Assembly (NCBI GenBank): GCA_963695215.1
Contig: OY968768.1
Location: 1,824,922-1,888,921, forward strand
Source: an uncultured bacterium
GTDB taxonomy: Bacteria > Actinomycetota > Thermoleophilia > Solirubrobacterales > 70-9
DNA: 64,000 nt
Direction of reading: 5' to 3'
Position 1 is the first letter of the stretch; each line of letters starts with the position of its first letter. The notes below the pieces were generated by a model. That model did not search any database and had not been told where the DNA came from. It saw nothing but the letters and a program-made list of their open reading frames with translations. Both the position numbers and the translations under genes were made by a program. Positions 38,820 through 47,394 of this stretch are shown here, piece by piece.

Positions 38820-38838
38820 CTAAGTGACTCATACTTAG
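38820..38838. promoter_or_regulatory. HAIR-like inverted repeat CTAAGT-N7-ACTTAG upstream of clpB (candidate HspR operator)
   Basis: Perfect 6+6 inverted repeat with a 7-nt spacer in an AT-rich patch, 44-62 nt upstream of the clpB ATG. It has the same geometry as the Streptomyces HAIR consensus CTTGAGT-N7-ACTCAAG. hspR is present in this window. Confidence 0.45.
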
Positions 38839-38875
38839 GTATGCGTTGGGCTCCTCAGTCCTCTACGCTCGCGCC

Positions 38876-40084
38876 ATGACCGACCACGACGAACGTCTCA
38901 AGCGCTACGCCCGCCTCGTGGTGGGCGCGGGGGTAAATATCCAAGAGGGGCAGCACCTTCTGGTCAACGCCGAGTTAACGCACGCTCCGCTCGTGCAGGC
39001 GATCGCCAAGGACGCCTATGCCCACGGTGCGTCGTTCGTCGACGTTCTCTACAGCGATCCGTGGGTCCACCGCGCGTTCGTCGCGGGCGCGCCCGACGAA
39101 ACCATTTCTACATCGCCTCCGTGGCAGATGCGTCGGCTTGTCGATGCGGTTGACAAGAAGGGAGCTGCGATCCGTATTGCCGGCGCAGCGCACGCCGAGA
39201 TTTTCGAAGGACTGGACCCGCAGCGGCTGACGGATGCCCGCATGCCCGAGCTTCGGCAGCGGTGGCTCGAGGCTGTGCGTGATTCGGAGCTCTCGTGGAG
39301 CATCGTCGCCTACCCCGACGAGGAGTGGGCGAAGGAGGCTCTCGGTGAGCCGGATGTCGAGCGGCTCTGGGAAGCGCTGGAGATCGCGCTTCGCCTTGAT
39401 CAGTCCGATCCCGCCGCGGCCTGGCACGAGCGCGCCGACGAGCTCATCGAGCGCTGTGCACTCCTGAATGAGCGGAACTTCGACGCGCTCCGCTATCGCG
39501 GACCCGGCACCGAGCTCGAGATCGGCCTGATCAGCGGCGCCAGGTTTCTCGGCGGGCGCGAGGAGACGTCATGGGGCCAGCAACACATGGCGAACATTCC
39601 GACGGAGGAGGTGTTCACCAGCCCGGATCGCACCCGCGCCGATGGCGTTGTGCGGTCGACCAAGCCGCTCGCGCTGAGCGGAAGTGTCGTCGAGGGGCTC
39701 GAGGTCACGTTCTCAGGCGGGGAGATCAAAGAGGTGCGCGCGGATCGCGGCGCAGACGTCGTCAAGGCGGAGCTTGCAAGCGACCCGGCGGCGAAGCACC
39801 TGGGAGAGATCGCCCTCGTCGACACGTCCTCGCGAGTCGAGAAGGCCGGCCTCGTCTTCTTCAACACGCTCTTCGACGAGAACGCGGTTTCCCATATCGC
39901 CTACGGGGCCGGGTTCACCTGGACTGTCGATCACATGCCGGAAGACGCTCCCGAGCGCACTCTCGTGAACGAGTCCAGGGTCCACACCGACTTCATGATC
40001 GGCGGCTCCGAAGTTGAGATCGACGGGGTGGATGCCGACGGAGATGCGGTCCCACTCCTCTACGGAGGCGAGTGGCAGCTGTAG
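38876..40084 (+). CDS. M29-family aminopeptidase (PepS/AmpS-like)
   Basis: MTDHDERLKRYARLVVGAGVNIQEGQHLLVNAELTHAPLVQAIAKDAYAHGASFVDVLY..NIPTEEVFTSP..ENAVSHIAYG..VHTDFMIG. The ORF is open from TTG 38846, but ATG 38876 is preferred. Confidence 0.8.
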   Translation: MTDHDERLKRYARLVVGAGVNIQEGQHLLVNAELTHAPLVQAIAKDAYAHGASFVDVLYSDPWVHRAFVAGAPDETISTSPPWQMRRLVDAVDKKGAAIRIAGAAHAEIFEGLDPQRLTDARMPELRQRWLEAVRDSELSWSIVAYPDEEWAKEALGEPDVERLWEALEIALRLDQSDPAAAWHERADELIERCALLNERNFDALRYRGPGTELEIGLISGARFLGGREETSWGQQHMANIPTEEVFTSPDRTRADGVVRSTKPLALSGSVVEGLEVTFSGGEIKEVRADRGADVVKAELASDPAAKHLGEIALVDTSSRVEKAGLVFFNTLFDENAVSHIAYGAGFTWTVDHMPEDAPERTLVNESRVHTDFMIGGSEVEIDGVDADGDAVPLLYGGEWQL

Positions 40085-40090
40085 GCGCGC

Positions 40091-40489
40091 TCAGCGGCTG
40101 AGTCGCCGAGTGAGCCAGGCGCCGGCCAGGGTCGCGGGCCCTGCTGTCGCAACGCCGTGAAGGCCAGCCTTGGCGTTCTCGCCGCCGCCACTGGCGAGCA
40201 GTGCGAACGTAAGCGCGTCCCCCGCGTCGCAGGCGGTGAGCGCCGCGGCCGGTACGGCGGGACTTCCGCCCTCCTTCAGCTCAGCCGCGAGCCAGATGCC
40301 GAGGATTACGTCCCGAGTCGCCGCAAGGCGAGCGAGCGCAAGCCCCTCACCCTCGAACCGCCGAAGGCCGAGGCCCTTGGCTGCGAGTGACGGCACCGCC
40401 CAGATGCCCAGCCCGATTGCGATGCGGCCCGCAGCCAGGCCAGATCCGACCAGCCGGTCGAGTGGGTCGATCTGGGGGCGGCGTCTCAT
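40091..40489 (-). CDS. hypothetical membrane protein
   Basis: MRRRPQIDPLDRLVGSGLAAGRIAIGLGIWAVPSLAAKGL..ATRDVILGIWLAAEL..GVATAGPATLAGAWLTRRL, with several hydrophobic segments. ATG 40489 avoids overlap with the hspR stop (40497). Confidence 0.5.
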   Translation of the reverse strand: MRRRPQIDPLDRLVGSGLAAGRIAIGLGIWAVPSLAAKGLGLRRFEGEGLALARLAATRDVILGIWLAAELKEGGSPAVPAAALTACDAGDALTFALLASGGGENAKAGLHGVATAGPATLAGAWLTRRLSR

Positions 40490-40496
40490 GAAAGGT

Positions 40497-40947
40497 TCAG
40501 GACCCGGGGCGTTTGACGGAGATCCTGACCGGCTCGATCCCCTCAGACTCATACTTGCCGTAGGGCACGATCTCGGCGCGGGCGTGTTCGACGCGCCTCT
40601 CGCCTAGTTCGACCTGCTTCTCGAGCTCGGCTGCGCGCTTCTTGAGATCCGCGAGCTCGGCTTTCGAGCGTTCGAGCTCGGCCTCCATCTCCAGCACCGT
40701 CTCGACGCCAGCGAGGTTGAGGCCCTCCTCGGCCGTCATTTGCTGGATGCGGCGCAGGCGCTCGACGTCGTCCTGGGAGTAAAGCCGGGTGTTCTTGGGC
40801 GAGCGCTTTGGGGTGATCAGGCCGCGCGCCTCGTACATGCGAAGCGTCTGCGGGATGCATCTCCGCCAGCTCGGCGGCGACCGAGATCATGAAGACGCCT
40901 CGGCTGGACGAGACGGTGACAGTGGTGTGTCGGCGAGCGGGAGTCAT
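40497..40947 (-). pseudogene. hspR: HspR (MerR-family heat-shock repressor), one extra base in a C/G run at 40842-40844
   Basis: MTPARRHTTVTVSSSRGVFMISVAAELAEMHP, then a frame change, then (QTLR)MYEARGLITPKRSPKNTRLYSQDDVERLRRIQQMTAEEGLNLAGVETVLEM. Removing one C from CATCCCGCAGACG restores HPQTLRMYEARGLI. The ATG overlaps the dnaJ TGA (ATGA). Confidence 0.85.
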
Positions 40948-42035
40948 GACCCCATCTTCTCCCTCGCGCCGGTCGACTTCCGCAGGATCCGCTCGCGCGG
41001 GTCGTGGCCGTTCATCGCCTTGGCGAGGTCGTCGACCGCTCGCTTGCCGGCGCGGGAGAGATCGGAGGGAACCTCGAGCTCGAGGCGATAGTGGATGTCG
41101 CGCCGGCCGCGGCCACCGGGGCGCGGCGGGCCCTCGCCGCGAAGGCGCTGAACGGTGCCGTGCTGTGTGCCGGCGGGCACGCGGATGCGCTTGGTGCCGT
41201 CCAGCGTGGGCACCTCCACGGTCGCGCCGTTGATCGCCTCCGGGATGGTGATCGGAACCCGTACCTCCAGGTTGCCATCGGAGCGACGGGCGAAGATCGG
41301 GGAGGGCGCGACGCGCACCTTCACGTAGAGGTCTCCGGCAGGCCCACCCATCGGGCTTTCCTCGCCCTTGCCGGCGACGCGAATCCGGCTGCCGTCGTGA
41401 ACGCCCGCCGGAACGTTCACCCGGTAGCGCTTGCGCTGCATCGTCACGCCCGAGCCCTGGCAGGTGGGGCACGGGTCGTCGACGACCTCGCCGCGGCCGC
41501 CGCACGCGGGGCAGGGCTGGTTGATCGAAAAGAAGCCCTGGCTCTGCGAGTCGACGCCGCGCCCCTGGCAGCGCGGGCAGGTGTGAGCCGTCGTGCCCGG
41601 CTTCGCGCCCGAGCCGCCGCACGTGGTGCAGCCGGCCTGCTTGGGGACGGTGACGGTGATCTCCGTGCCCTGCATGGCCTGGTCGAAGGTGAGCGATACC
41701 TCGGTCTCGAGATCGTGCCCGGGCGCCTGCCCGCCGCCGCGGCCGCGCGTGAAGAATGAAAAGATGTCGCCCAGGTTCTGGCCTGCGCCGCCCGCGAAGT
41801 TCCGCGGGTCGAAGCCGAACGCGCCGCCCGAGTCGTACTCGCGGCGCTTCTCGGGGCTCGACAGCGTGTCGTAGGCGCCCTGGATCTCCTTGAAGCGATC
41901 TTCCGCCGCGGGATCGTCGGGGTTGCGATCCGGGTGGTTCTCCCTGGCAAGCTTCCGGTATGCCTTCTTGATCTCGTCGTCGGTGGCCTTCTTGTCGACT
42001 CCGAGCACCTGGTAGAGATCGCGTTGTGGTGCCAT
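40944..42035 (-). CDS. dnaJ: molecular chaperone DnaJ
   Basis: Intact 363-aa ORF with a J domain (DLYQVLGVDKKATDDEIKKAYRKLARENHPDRNP), a G/F region, and four CxxCxGxG repeats (CTTCGGSG, CPRCQGRG, CPACGGRG, CPTCQGSG). Confidence 0.95.
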   Translation of the reverse strand: MAPQRDLYQVLGVDKKATDDEIKKAYRKLARENHPDRNPDDPAAEDRFKEIQGAYDTLSSPEKRREYDSGGAFGFDPRNFAGGAGQNLGDIFSFFTRGRGGGQAPGHDLETEVSLTFDQAMQGTEITVTVPKQAGCTTCGGSGAKPGTTAHTCPRCQGRGVDSQSQGFFSINQPCPACGGRGEVVDDPCPTCQGSGVTMQRKRYRVNVPAGVHDGSRIRVAGKGEESPMGGPAGDLYVKVRVAPSPIFARRSDGNLEVRVPITIPEAINGATVEVPTLDGTKRIRVPAGTQHGTVQRLRGEGPPRPGGRGRRDIHYRLELEVPSDLSRAGKRAVDDLAKAMNGHDPRERILRKSTGAREKMGS

Positions 42036-42044
42036 CGGCGCTCC

Positions 42045-42679
42045 TTATGAGGTGACGACTACCCGCGCCGGGCGAATGAGGACCTCGCCCAGCGAGTAGC
42101 CGCGCTGGAGCGTCTCGGCGACTGATGCCTGGTTCCTCGCCGTCGGCGGCGGGTCGTGCCGAGAGCGCCTCGTGGAGGCTTGGGTCGAACCGCTCGCCGA
42201 CGGGGTCGAACGACTCGACTCCGGCTGAGCGCAGAGCGCCGACGATCTCGCCGTGGACCAGCGCCACTCCGGCGGCAAGCGCCTCGTGCGCCGAAACCTC
42301 ACGGCTCTCGGGTCTGGAGACTCGGCCATCGGTTGGATCGAGGTTCACGCCGGCCGACTGGAGAGCGCGCTCCAGGCTGTCGACGGCGGGCACGAGGCCG
42401 CGGGCCACGTGGGCCCGGCCGCGGACGCTCGGCGCTCTGGGAGTCGCGAGCCGAGCGCTTGCGGAAGTTCTCGAGCTCCGCGCGCGTGCGCTGCGCGAGG
42501 TCGAGGTACTCGTCGCGCTCGCGCTCGAGCTCGACAAGCGCGAGCCTCCTCCGAGACCTCTGCCGGCTCGGGGGCGGCGTCGCCGCTTCCGGGTACACCG
42601 GGATCCCTCGGCGGAGGCGGACTCAGCCGCCTCCGCGTTGGGTCAGCCCGCGTTCGGTTTTCAGCTGCCGCTTCGCCAT
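42045..42679 (-). pseudogene. grpE: nucleotide exchange factor GrpE, at least 3 frame changes
   Basis: ATG 42679, then LVELERERDEYLDLAQRTRAELENFRKRS / ARGLVPAVDSLERALQSAG..GVALVHGEIVGALRSAGVESFDPVGERFDPSLHEAL / SVAETLQRGYSLGEVLIRPARVVVTS, lying in three frames. The ATG overlaps the dnaK TGA (ATGA). Confidence 0.88.
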
Positions 42680-44594
42680 CAGGCGCGGTCCTCGTCCACT
42701 ACCTCGGCGTCGACGACCTCCTCCTCGGCCTCGGCCGGTCGCGCCGTTGGTCACCGGTGGCGTCGGCGCCGTTCGGCGCCTGCCCTCGGCCGCGGCGGAC
42801 TGGTAGATCCGCTCGGAGATCGCCGTGGAACGCGGCCTGAAGCGCCTCGGTCTTCGCGGTCAGGTCGGCAGCGTCACCTGAGTCGAGCGACTCGCGGATC
42901 GCGGCGATCTTCGTCTTCGATCTCGGTCTTCTCCGACGTCCTCGATCTGGTCGCCAAGCTCGCCAACCTGCTTCTCGGCCTGGTACGCGGCGTTCTCGGC
43001 CACGTTTCTTGCCTCGGCGAGCTCGCGCTGCTTGCGGTCGTCGTCGGCGTGAGCCTCGGCGTCCTTGATCATCTGCTCGACCTCGGAGTCGTCGAGTCCG
43101 GAGCCGCCCTTGATCTCGATCTTCTGCTCCTTGCCGGTGCCGAGGTCCTTGGCCGAGACGCTGAGGATGCCGTTCGCGTCGATGTCGAATGCGACCTCGA
43201 TCTGCGGCATGCCCCGCGGGCGCCGGCGGGATGCCGGCGAGCTGGAACTTGCCGAGCGACTTGTTGTAGGCGGCCATCTCGCGCTCGCCCTGGAGCACGT
43301 GGATCTCGACCTCGGGCTGGTTGTCCTGCGCGGTCGAGAACGTCTCGGCCTTGCGCGACGGGATCGTCGTGTTGCGCTCGATCAGCTTCGTCATCACGCC
43401 GCCCTTGGTCTCGATGCCGAGGGTGAGCGGGGTGACGTCGAGCAGGAGGACGTCCTTGACGTCGTCGCGACAGGACGCCGGCCTGGATCGCTGCGCCGAC
43501 GGCGACGACCTCGTCGGGGTTCACGCCCTGATGCGGGGTCTTGCCGGTCAGCTCCTGCACCTTCTCCTGGACGGCGGGCATGCGCGTCATGCCGCCGACG
43601 AGGACGACGTGGTCGATCTCGGCCGCCGACGCATCGGACATCGCCTGCTTGACGGGCGCGACGACGCGCTCGAGCAGATCAGACGGTGAGCTCGGCGAGC
43701 TTGGCGCGCGAGAGGCGCATCTCGAGGTGGCGCGGCTGGTTGTCGACCGCCGTGATGAACGGGATCGAGATCTGCGTCTCCTGCGTGGAGCTCAGCTCGA
43801 TCTTCGCCTTCTCGGCCTGCTCGTAGAGTCGCTGGAGGGAGTTCTTGTCCTGCGAGAGATCGACTCCCTGGTCCTTCTTGAACTCGGACGACCATCCACT
43901 CGACGATCGCCTTGTCCCAGTTGTCGCCACCGAGGTGGTTGTCGCCCGCGGTGGAGAGGACCTTGAAGACGCCGTCGCCGATCTCGAGGATCGAGACGTC
44001 GAAGGTGCCGCCGCCGAGGTCGAAAACGAGGACGTTCTGGTCCTCGGCCGACTTGTCGATGCCGTACGCGAGCGCCGCGGCGGTCGGCTCGTTGATGATG
44101 CGCTTGACCTCGAGGCCCGCGACCTTGCCGGCGTCCTTGGTCGCCTGGCGCTGGTCGTCGTTGAAGTAGGCGGGGACGGTGATAACTGCGGAGTCGACCG
44201 TCTCGCCAAGCTTGGCCTCCGCGTCGGCCTTCAGCTTCTGGAGGATCATCGCGGAGATCTCGGGCGGCGAATACTGCTTGCCGCGGGCGTCCACACGCAC
44301 ATCGCCGCCGGGGCCGGCCTCGACCTTGTACGGGACGATCGTCTCCTCTTCCTTGACCTCGGCCTCCTTGCGGCCCATGAAGCGCTTGATCGAGAAGATC
44401 GTGTTCTCGGGGTTCATGACGGCCTGGCGCTTGGCGACGGTGCCGACGAGGCGGTCGCCACCCTCGGTGAACGCGACGACGGACGGAGTGGTGCGCCCGC
44501 CCTCGGAGTTCTCGAGAACCGTGGGCTCGCCGCCTTCGAAGACGGCGACGCACGAATTGGTCGTTCCGAGGTCGATTCCGATTGTCTTTGCCAT
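42679..44594 (-). pseudogene. dnaK: molecular chaperone DnaK, at least 5 frame changes in the C-terminal two thirds
   Basis: The first ~240 aa or so are intact ([58 protein letters not shown]). Later pieces follow in other frames: [103 protein letters not shown]. The tail is [12 protein letters not shown]. Confidence 0.93.
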
Positions 44595-44620
44595 AGGTGT
44601 TCAGCTCCTGGTCATAGGCA

Positions 44621-44643
44621 GGTTTAAGTAAAAAATCTAAGCG
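44621..44643. promoter_or_regulatory. AT-rich box upstream of dnaK shared with the clpB upstream region
   Basis: GGTTTAAGTAAAAAATCTAAGCG (27-49 nt upstream of the dnaK ATG) aligns with GTGTTTATAAAGAAATCTAAGTG at 38803-38825, upstream of clpB. Both are rare AT-rich patches in this GC-rich DNA. Confidence 0.35.
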
Positions 44644-44779
44644 TGAGGCTAGCAGATATGTGACAGGGGCACGAACGATGCCAAACCGGCGCACAGCGCA
44701 CGACGAGCGACGCAGGTGCTACCGGAAACGCGCGGATCTGTGACACACGGACGCGTTCAGGCGTCGCTGGAAGATGGGA

Positions 44780-44791
44780 GGGGTCTGACCC
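44780..44791. repeat. single copy of the GGGTC(A/T)GACCC element just 3' of the cytochrome c stop
   Basis: GGGGTCTGACCC lies 5 nt downstream of the stop at 44796-44798. Its flank AGATGGGAGGGGTCTGACCCTTCGTCA matches the minus-strand purB copy AGATGGGGGTCAGACCCCGTTCATGA. Confidence 0.6.
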
Positions 44792-44795
44792 TTCG

Positions 44796-45266
44796 TCAGT
44801 TGCCGTTGCAGGATTCCGGGGCCGGCGCCCGCGGAGCTTCTTCTGGATCGTCCGTGTCGACCAGCGGCTTGGCGTCGTTGCCGTCCTGGCCCGCGTAGGC
44901 GCCGACGAACGCCGCGACCTCCTTGGCGTTGTCGCCCTGGACAATCCCGGCGGGCATCCGGCCGCCGCCGAAGCCGCACGTAATCGCCTGGAGAGCCCGG
45001 CCGTAGCTTCCCGCGTAGTTGGCAGTACCGCCCGGTGCGAGGAGCTGGTCGAGGTTGGGGCCGACGATGCCGTCGGCGCCCGCGGCGGCCAGCGTGTGGC
45101 ACGGGCCGCAGTTGGTGGCAAACAGGGCCTTGCCGTCTTCGTCCTGCTTCTCGACCACGACGGCAGCCGCTTCTTCGCCGCCGGTACCTGTGATCGCCCA
45201 GATGGGGATCACCAGCACGCACAGCGCGGCGACGGCGAGGAAGACGAAGAACGGGCCCCGGTTCAC
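44796..45266 (-). CDS. membrane-anchored class I c-type cytochrome
   Basis: N-terminal TM segment FFVFLAVAALCVLVIPIWAI, a single heme motif CGPCH, a downstream Met (GGGRMPAG), and an acidic/Pro-rich tail. Confidence 0.8.
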   Translation of the reverse strand: MNRGPFFVFLAVAALCVLVIPIWAITGTGGEEAAAVVVEKQDEDGKALFATNCGPCHTLAAAGADGIVGPNLDQLLAPGGTANYAGSYGRALQAITCGFGGGRMPAGIVQGDNAKEVAAFVGAYAGQDGNDAKPLVDTDDPEEAPRAPAPESCNGN

Positions 45267-45313
45267 GGGCGCGAGTCTATATGCCGGGCGTGCGGACCGG
45301 ACCGCAGATCGCG

Positions 45314-45348
45314 CAAGGGCGGGCGCCCCTCAGAGGCACCCGCCCTTG
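45314..45348 (-). terminator. stem-loop downstream of the EEP-family gene
   Basis: CAAGGGCGGG (45314-45323) pairs perfectly with CCCGCCCTTG (45339-45348), giving a 10-bp GC-rich stem. It lies 21 nt after the stop at 45369. There is no U-tract, so function as an intrinsic terminator is uncertain. Confidence 0.45.
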
Positions 45349-45368
45349 GCGTCAGATACTGCGAGCCG

Positions 45369-46541
45369 TCAGCCGACCTTCAGCTGAGCGACAACTCCGC
45401 CGTGGTCGGTCGGCCAGAGGTTGGTCCCGGAGCGGTTGTCGGGATCGATTCCGATCAGGTCGGCAGCTGAGCCGGTCCACGACGCCCTTGCCAAGGACGT
45501 GATCGATCCGCTGTCGAACATCGGCGCCGCGTCGCGGATGTCCTCGCCAAAGCAGCACGTGTTGGTGCCGCTCGGTAGACCAAGGTCCGTGAACCCGCCC
45601 GCGATGACGGCTTCATAGGCGTCGTTGTTATCTGTCGGAATTCCCACCGAATCCACCGACGGGTCATCTGGATCCGAGTTGAGATCTCCAACGAGAACGA
45701 TCGGGCCGTCTCCAGCGGTCACGCCGCTACCACCCACGAGTTCCTGCGCTTGCGCCTTGCGGAAGTAAGCGCTGAACGACTCCAGGTGCGTGTTCACGAA
45801 CCGGAACGTTGTGCCCTTCGCCCGTTTCCTGTCGATCCGCACATCTGCCCACGTGTAGCCACGCAGCACCGTGACGGTGCCGAACGCCGCCGTGTTGACG
45901 AACGCGTTGCTTGAGTAGTTGTCACTGCCCGTGTCCTTTACCTTGATTCCGTCTTTGACCAGGATCACGTCGCGCATTGTCAGACGGCCGTCGAAATCAG
46001 GCACGCCGTCTGGCGCATCGTCCGTTGTGGCGCCGTGCGTGTCAGCAGGGAACTCCAGGTCGGCCTCCTGCTGAATCACAGCCGGCGTGTAGTGAAGGCC
46101 GCGCCTCTCCAGCTCGTCTGTCAGCAGCTCGAGGTAGTCGTAGACGATCTCGGTTGCGGGGGTCGCCGGACCATCCGGTGCACCGATCTGACCACGCCTC
46201 CAGAGGGCGACCTCCTGCAGCCCGATGAGGTCCGGATTCTTCGCCTCGATCTCGTTGGCCAAGAGCTTCGCGCGGACGTTGAAGTTGAGATCCTGCACGT
46301 GCTTGTAGATGTCGCCGACCGCTGTGTAGGCAGCGGCGGGAGTTGGCGCGACGATCGCCGGTGTCAGATCCGCCCCGAGATACAGGTTGCGCGTCATCAC
46401 CGTCGGTTTCGACGGCTTGATCGGCCTCGGCTTTGCATCAGCGACAGCGGGAAAGAGCACGGCTCCGATACCGATCGCGGTTGCGATCGCCAGCGCCCCA
46501 AACCGACCCTTCGCGCGACCGCGCGTGGATGTTGTGTTCAA
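45369..46541 (-). CDS. secreted endonuclease/exonuclease/phosphatase (EEP) family protein
   Basis: Signal-like N-terminus GALAIATAIGIGAVLFPAVADA, then EEP-type motifs: MTRNLYLGADL, IGLQEVALW, FVNTHLES, VLVGDLNSDP, LWPTDHGGVVAQL. Confidence 0.75.
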   Translation of the reverse strand: MNTTSTRGRAKGRFGALAIATAIGIGAVLFPAVADAKPRPIKPSKPTVMTRNLYLGADLTPAIVAPTPAAAYTAVGDIYKHVQDLNFNVRAKLLANEIEAKNPDLIGLQEVALWRRGQIGAPDGPATPATEIVYDYLELLTDELERRGLHYTPAVIQQEADLEFPADTHGATTDDAPDGVPDFDGRLTMRDVILVKDGIKVKDTGSDNYSSNAFVNTAAFGTVTVLRGYTWADVRIDRKRAKGTTFRFVNTHLESFSAYFRKAQAQELVGGSGVTAGDGPIVLVGDLNSDPDDPSVDSVGIPTDNNDAYEAVIAGGFTDLGLPSGTNTCCFGEDIRDAAPMFDSGSITSLARASWTGSAADLIGIDPDNRSGTNLWPTDHGGVVAQLKVG

Positions 46542-46683
46542 GATGACTCCTCTGGTAGGCGGGCGTGGTGCCCTCGTTCTTCCTGCCCTCGGAAGCTTGA
46601 AGATGCTTCAGGCGTTGCGCATCCGTACTAATCCGCAGTTGTCTGACACGTTGCCGAACGGCAACACGAGAAGCGGGAGCCGC

Positions 46684-47370
46684 TCAGGCCTTCTTGCCGT
46701 ACGGGCACATCCTCAGTAAGGCGCACTGATCGCACTTCGGCCGGGCGGGCCGGCAGAGCGCCCGCCCGTGGTAGATCAGGTTCATATGGAACTCGTACGC
46801 GTCCTCAGGCGGCGTGATGCGCCGCATCTCGTCGTGCGCCTCTTCGAACGAGGCCTTGGCACGGAACAGGCCGAGGCGCCCGCCGACTCGGTGGACGTGT
46901 GTGTCGACAGGGATCTCCGGGCGGTCGAAGGAGAAGATCATCACGCAGGCAGCCGTCTTTCTGCCCACGCCCGGAAGGGCCGTGAGATAGCCAAGCGCCT
47001 CGTCGCGGTCCGCGGTGCGGATCCAGTCGAGGTCGATCGGGTCGCCGAGCTCGCGGAGCACCGCTTGGATGCGCGGCGCCTTCGTGGGCGCAAGGCCGCC
47101 GCGCCGGATTGATTCCTCGAGCTCGGAGGTTTCGGCGTCTCGCACCTCTGGCCACGAGTCGAAGCGTGCCCTGAGCCCCGCATAGGCGACGTCGCGGTTG
47201 GTGTCCGACGTGTTTTGGGACAGGATCGTCAGGACAAGCTCGTGAACCGGATCCGCGTGAGGATCGTTGACCGGCCGGCCGTACATCTCGCGCAGCCGGT
47301 CGCGGATCGCGATCACGCGCCGGCGCGGTGGCCGCTTCCAGCCCGCCCTTGCGTTTTCCCGGGTCGCCAC
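46684..47370 (-). CDS. nth: endonuclease III
   Basis: HhH-GPD core (LTALPGVGRKTAACVMIF..VDTHVHRV) and a C-terminal 4Fe-4S cluster loop CRPARPKCDQCALLRMC. Confidence 0.88.
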   Translation of the reverse strand: MATRENARAGWKRPPRRRVIAIRDRLREMYGRPVNDPHADPVHELVLTILSQNTSDTNRDVAYAGLRARFDSWPEVRDAETSELEESIRRGGLAPTKAPRIQAVLRELGDPIDLDWIRTADRDEALGYLTALPGVGRKTAACVMIFSFDRPEIPVDTHVHRVGGRLGLFRAKASFEEAHDEMRRITPPEDAYEFHMNLIYHGRALCRPARPKCDQCALLRMCPYGKKA

Positions 47371-47394
47371 GCCCGCAGCTTAGGATCCGCCGCT

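Noticed and set aside
40549-42537. 662-aa minus-strand ORF spanning hspR, dnaJ and grpE
   Set aside because: It is a chimeric open frame. It is out of frame with dnaJ (Arg/Pro-rich nonsense) and only briefly coincides with real hspR and grpE segments because of the frameshifts.
44595-44795. A canonical HAIR (CTTGAGT-N7-ACTCAAG) upstream of dnaK
   Set aside because: There is no exact or near-exact copy. Only an AT-rich box shared with clpB and an imperfect CTAGC..GCTTAG pair are present, so I report it only as a low-confidence regulatory box.
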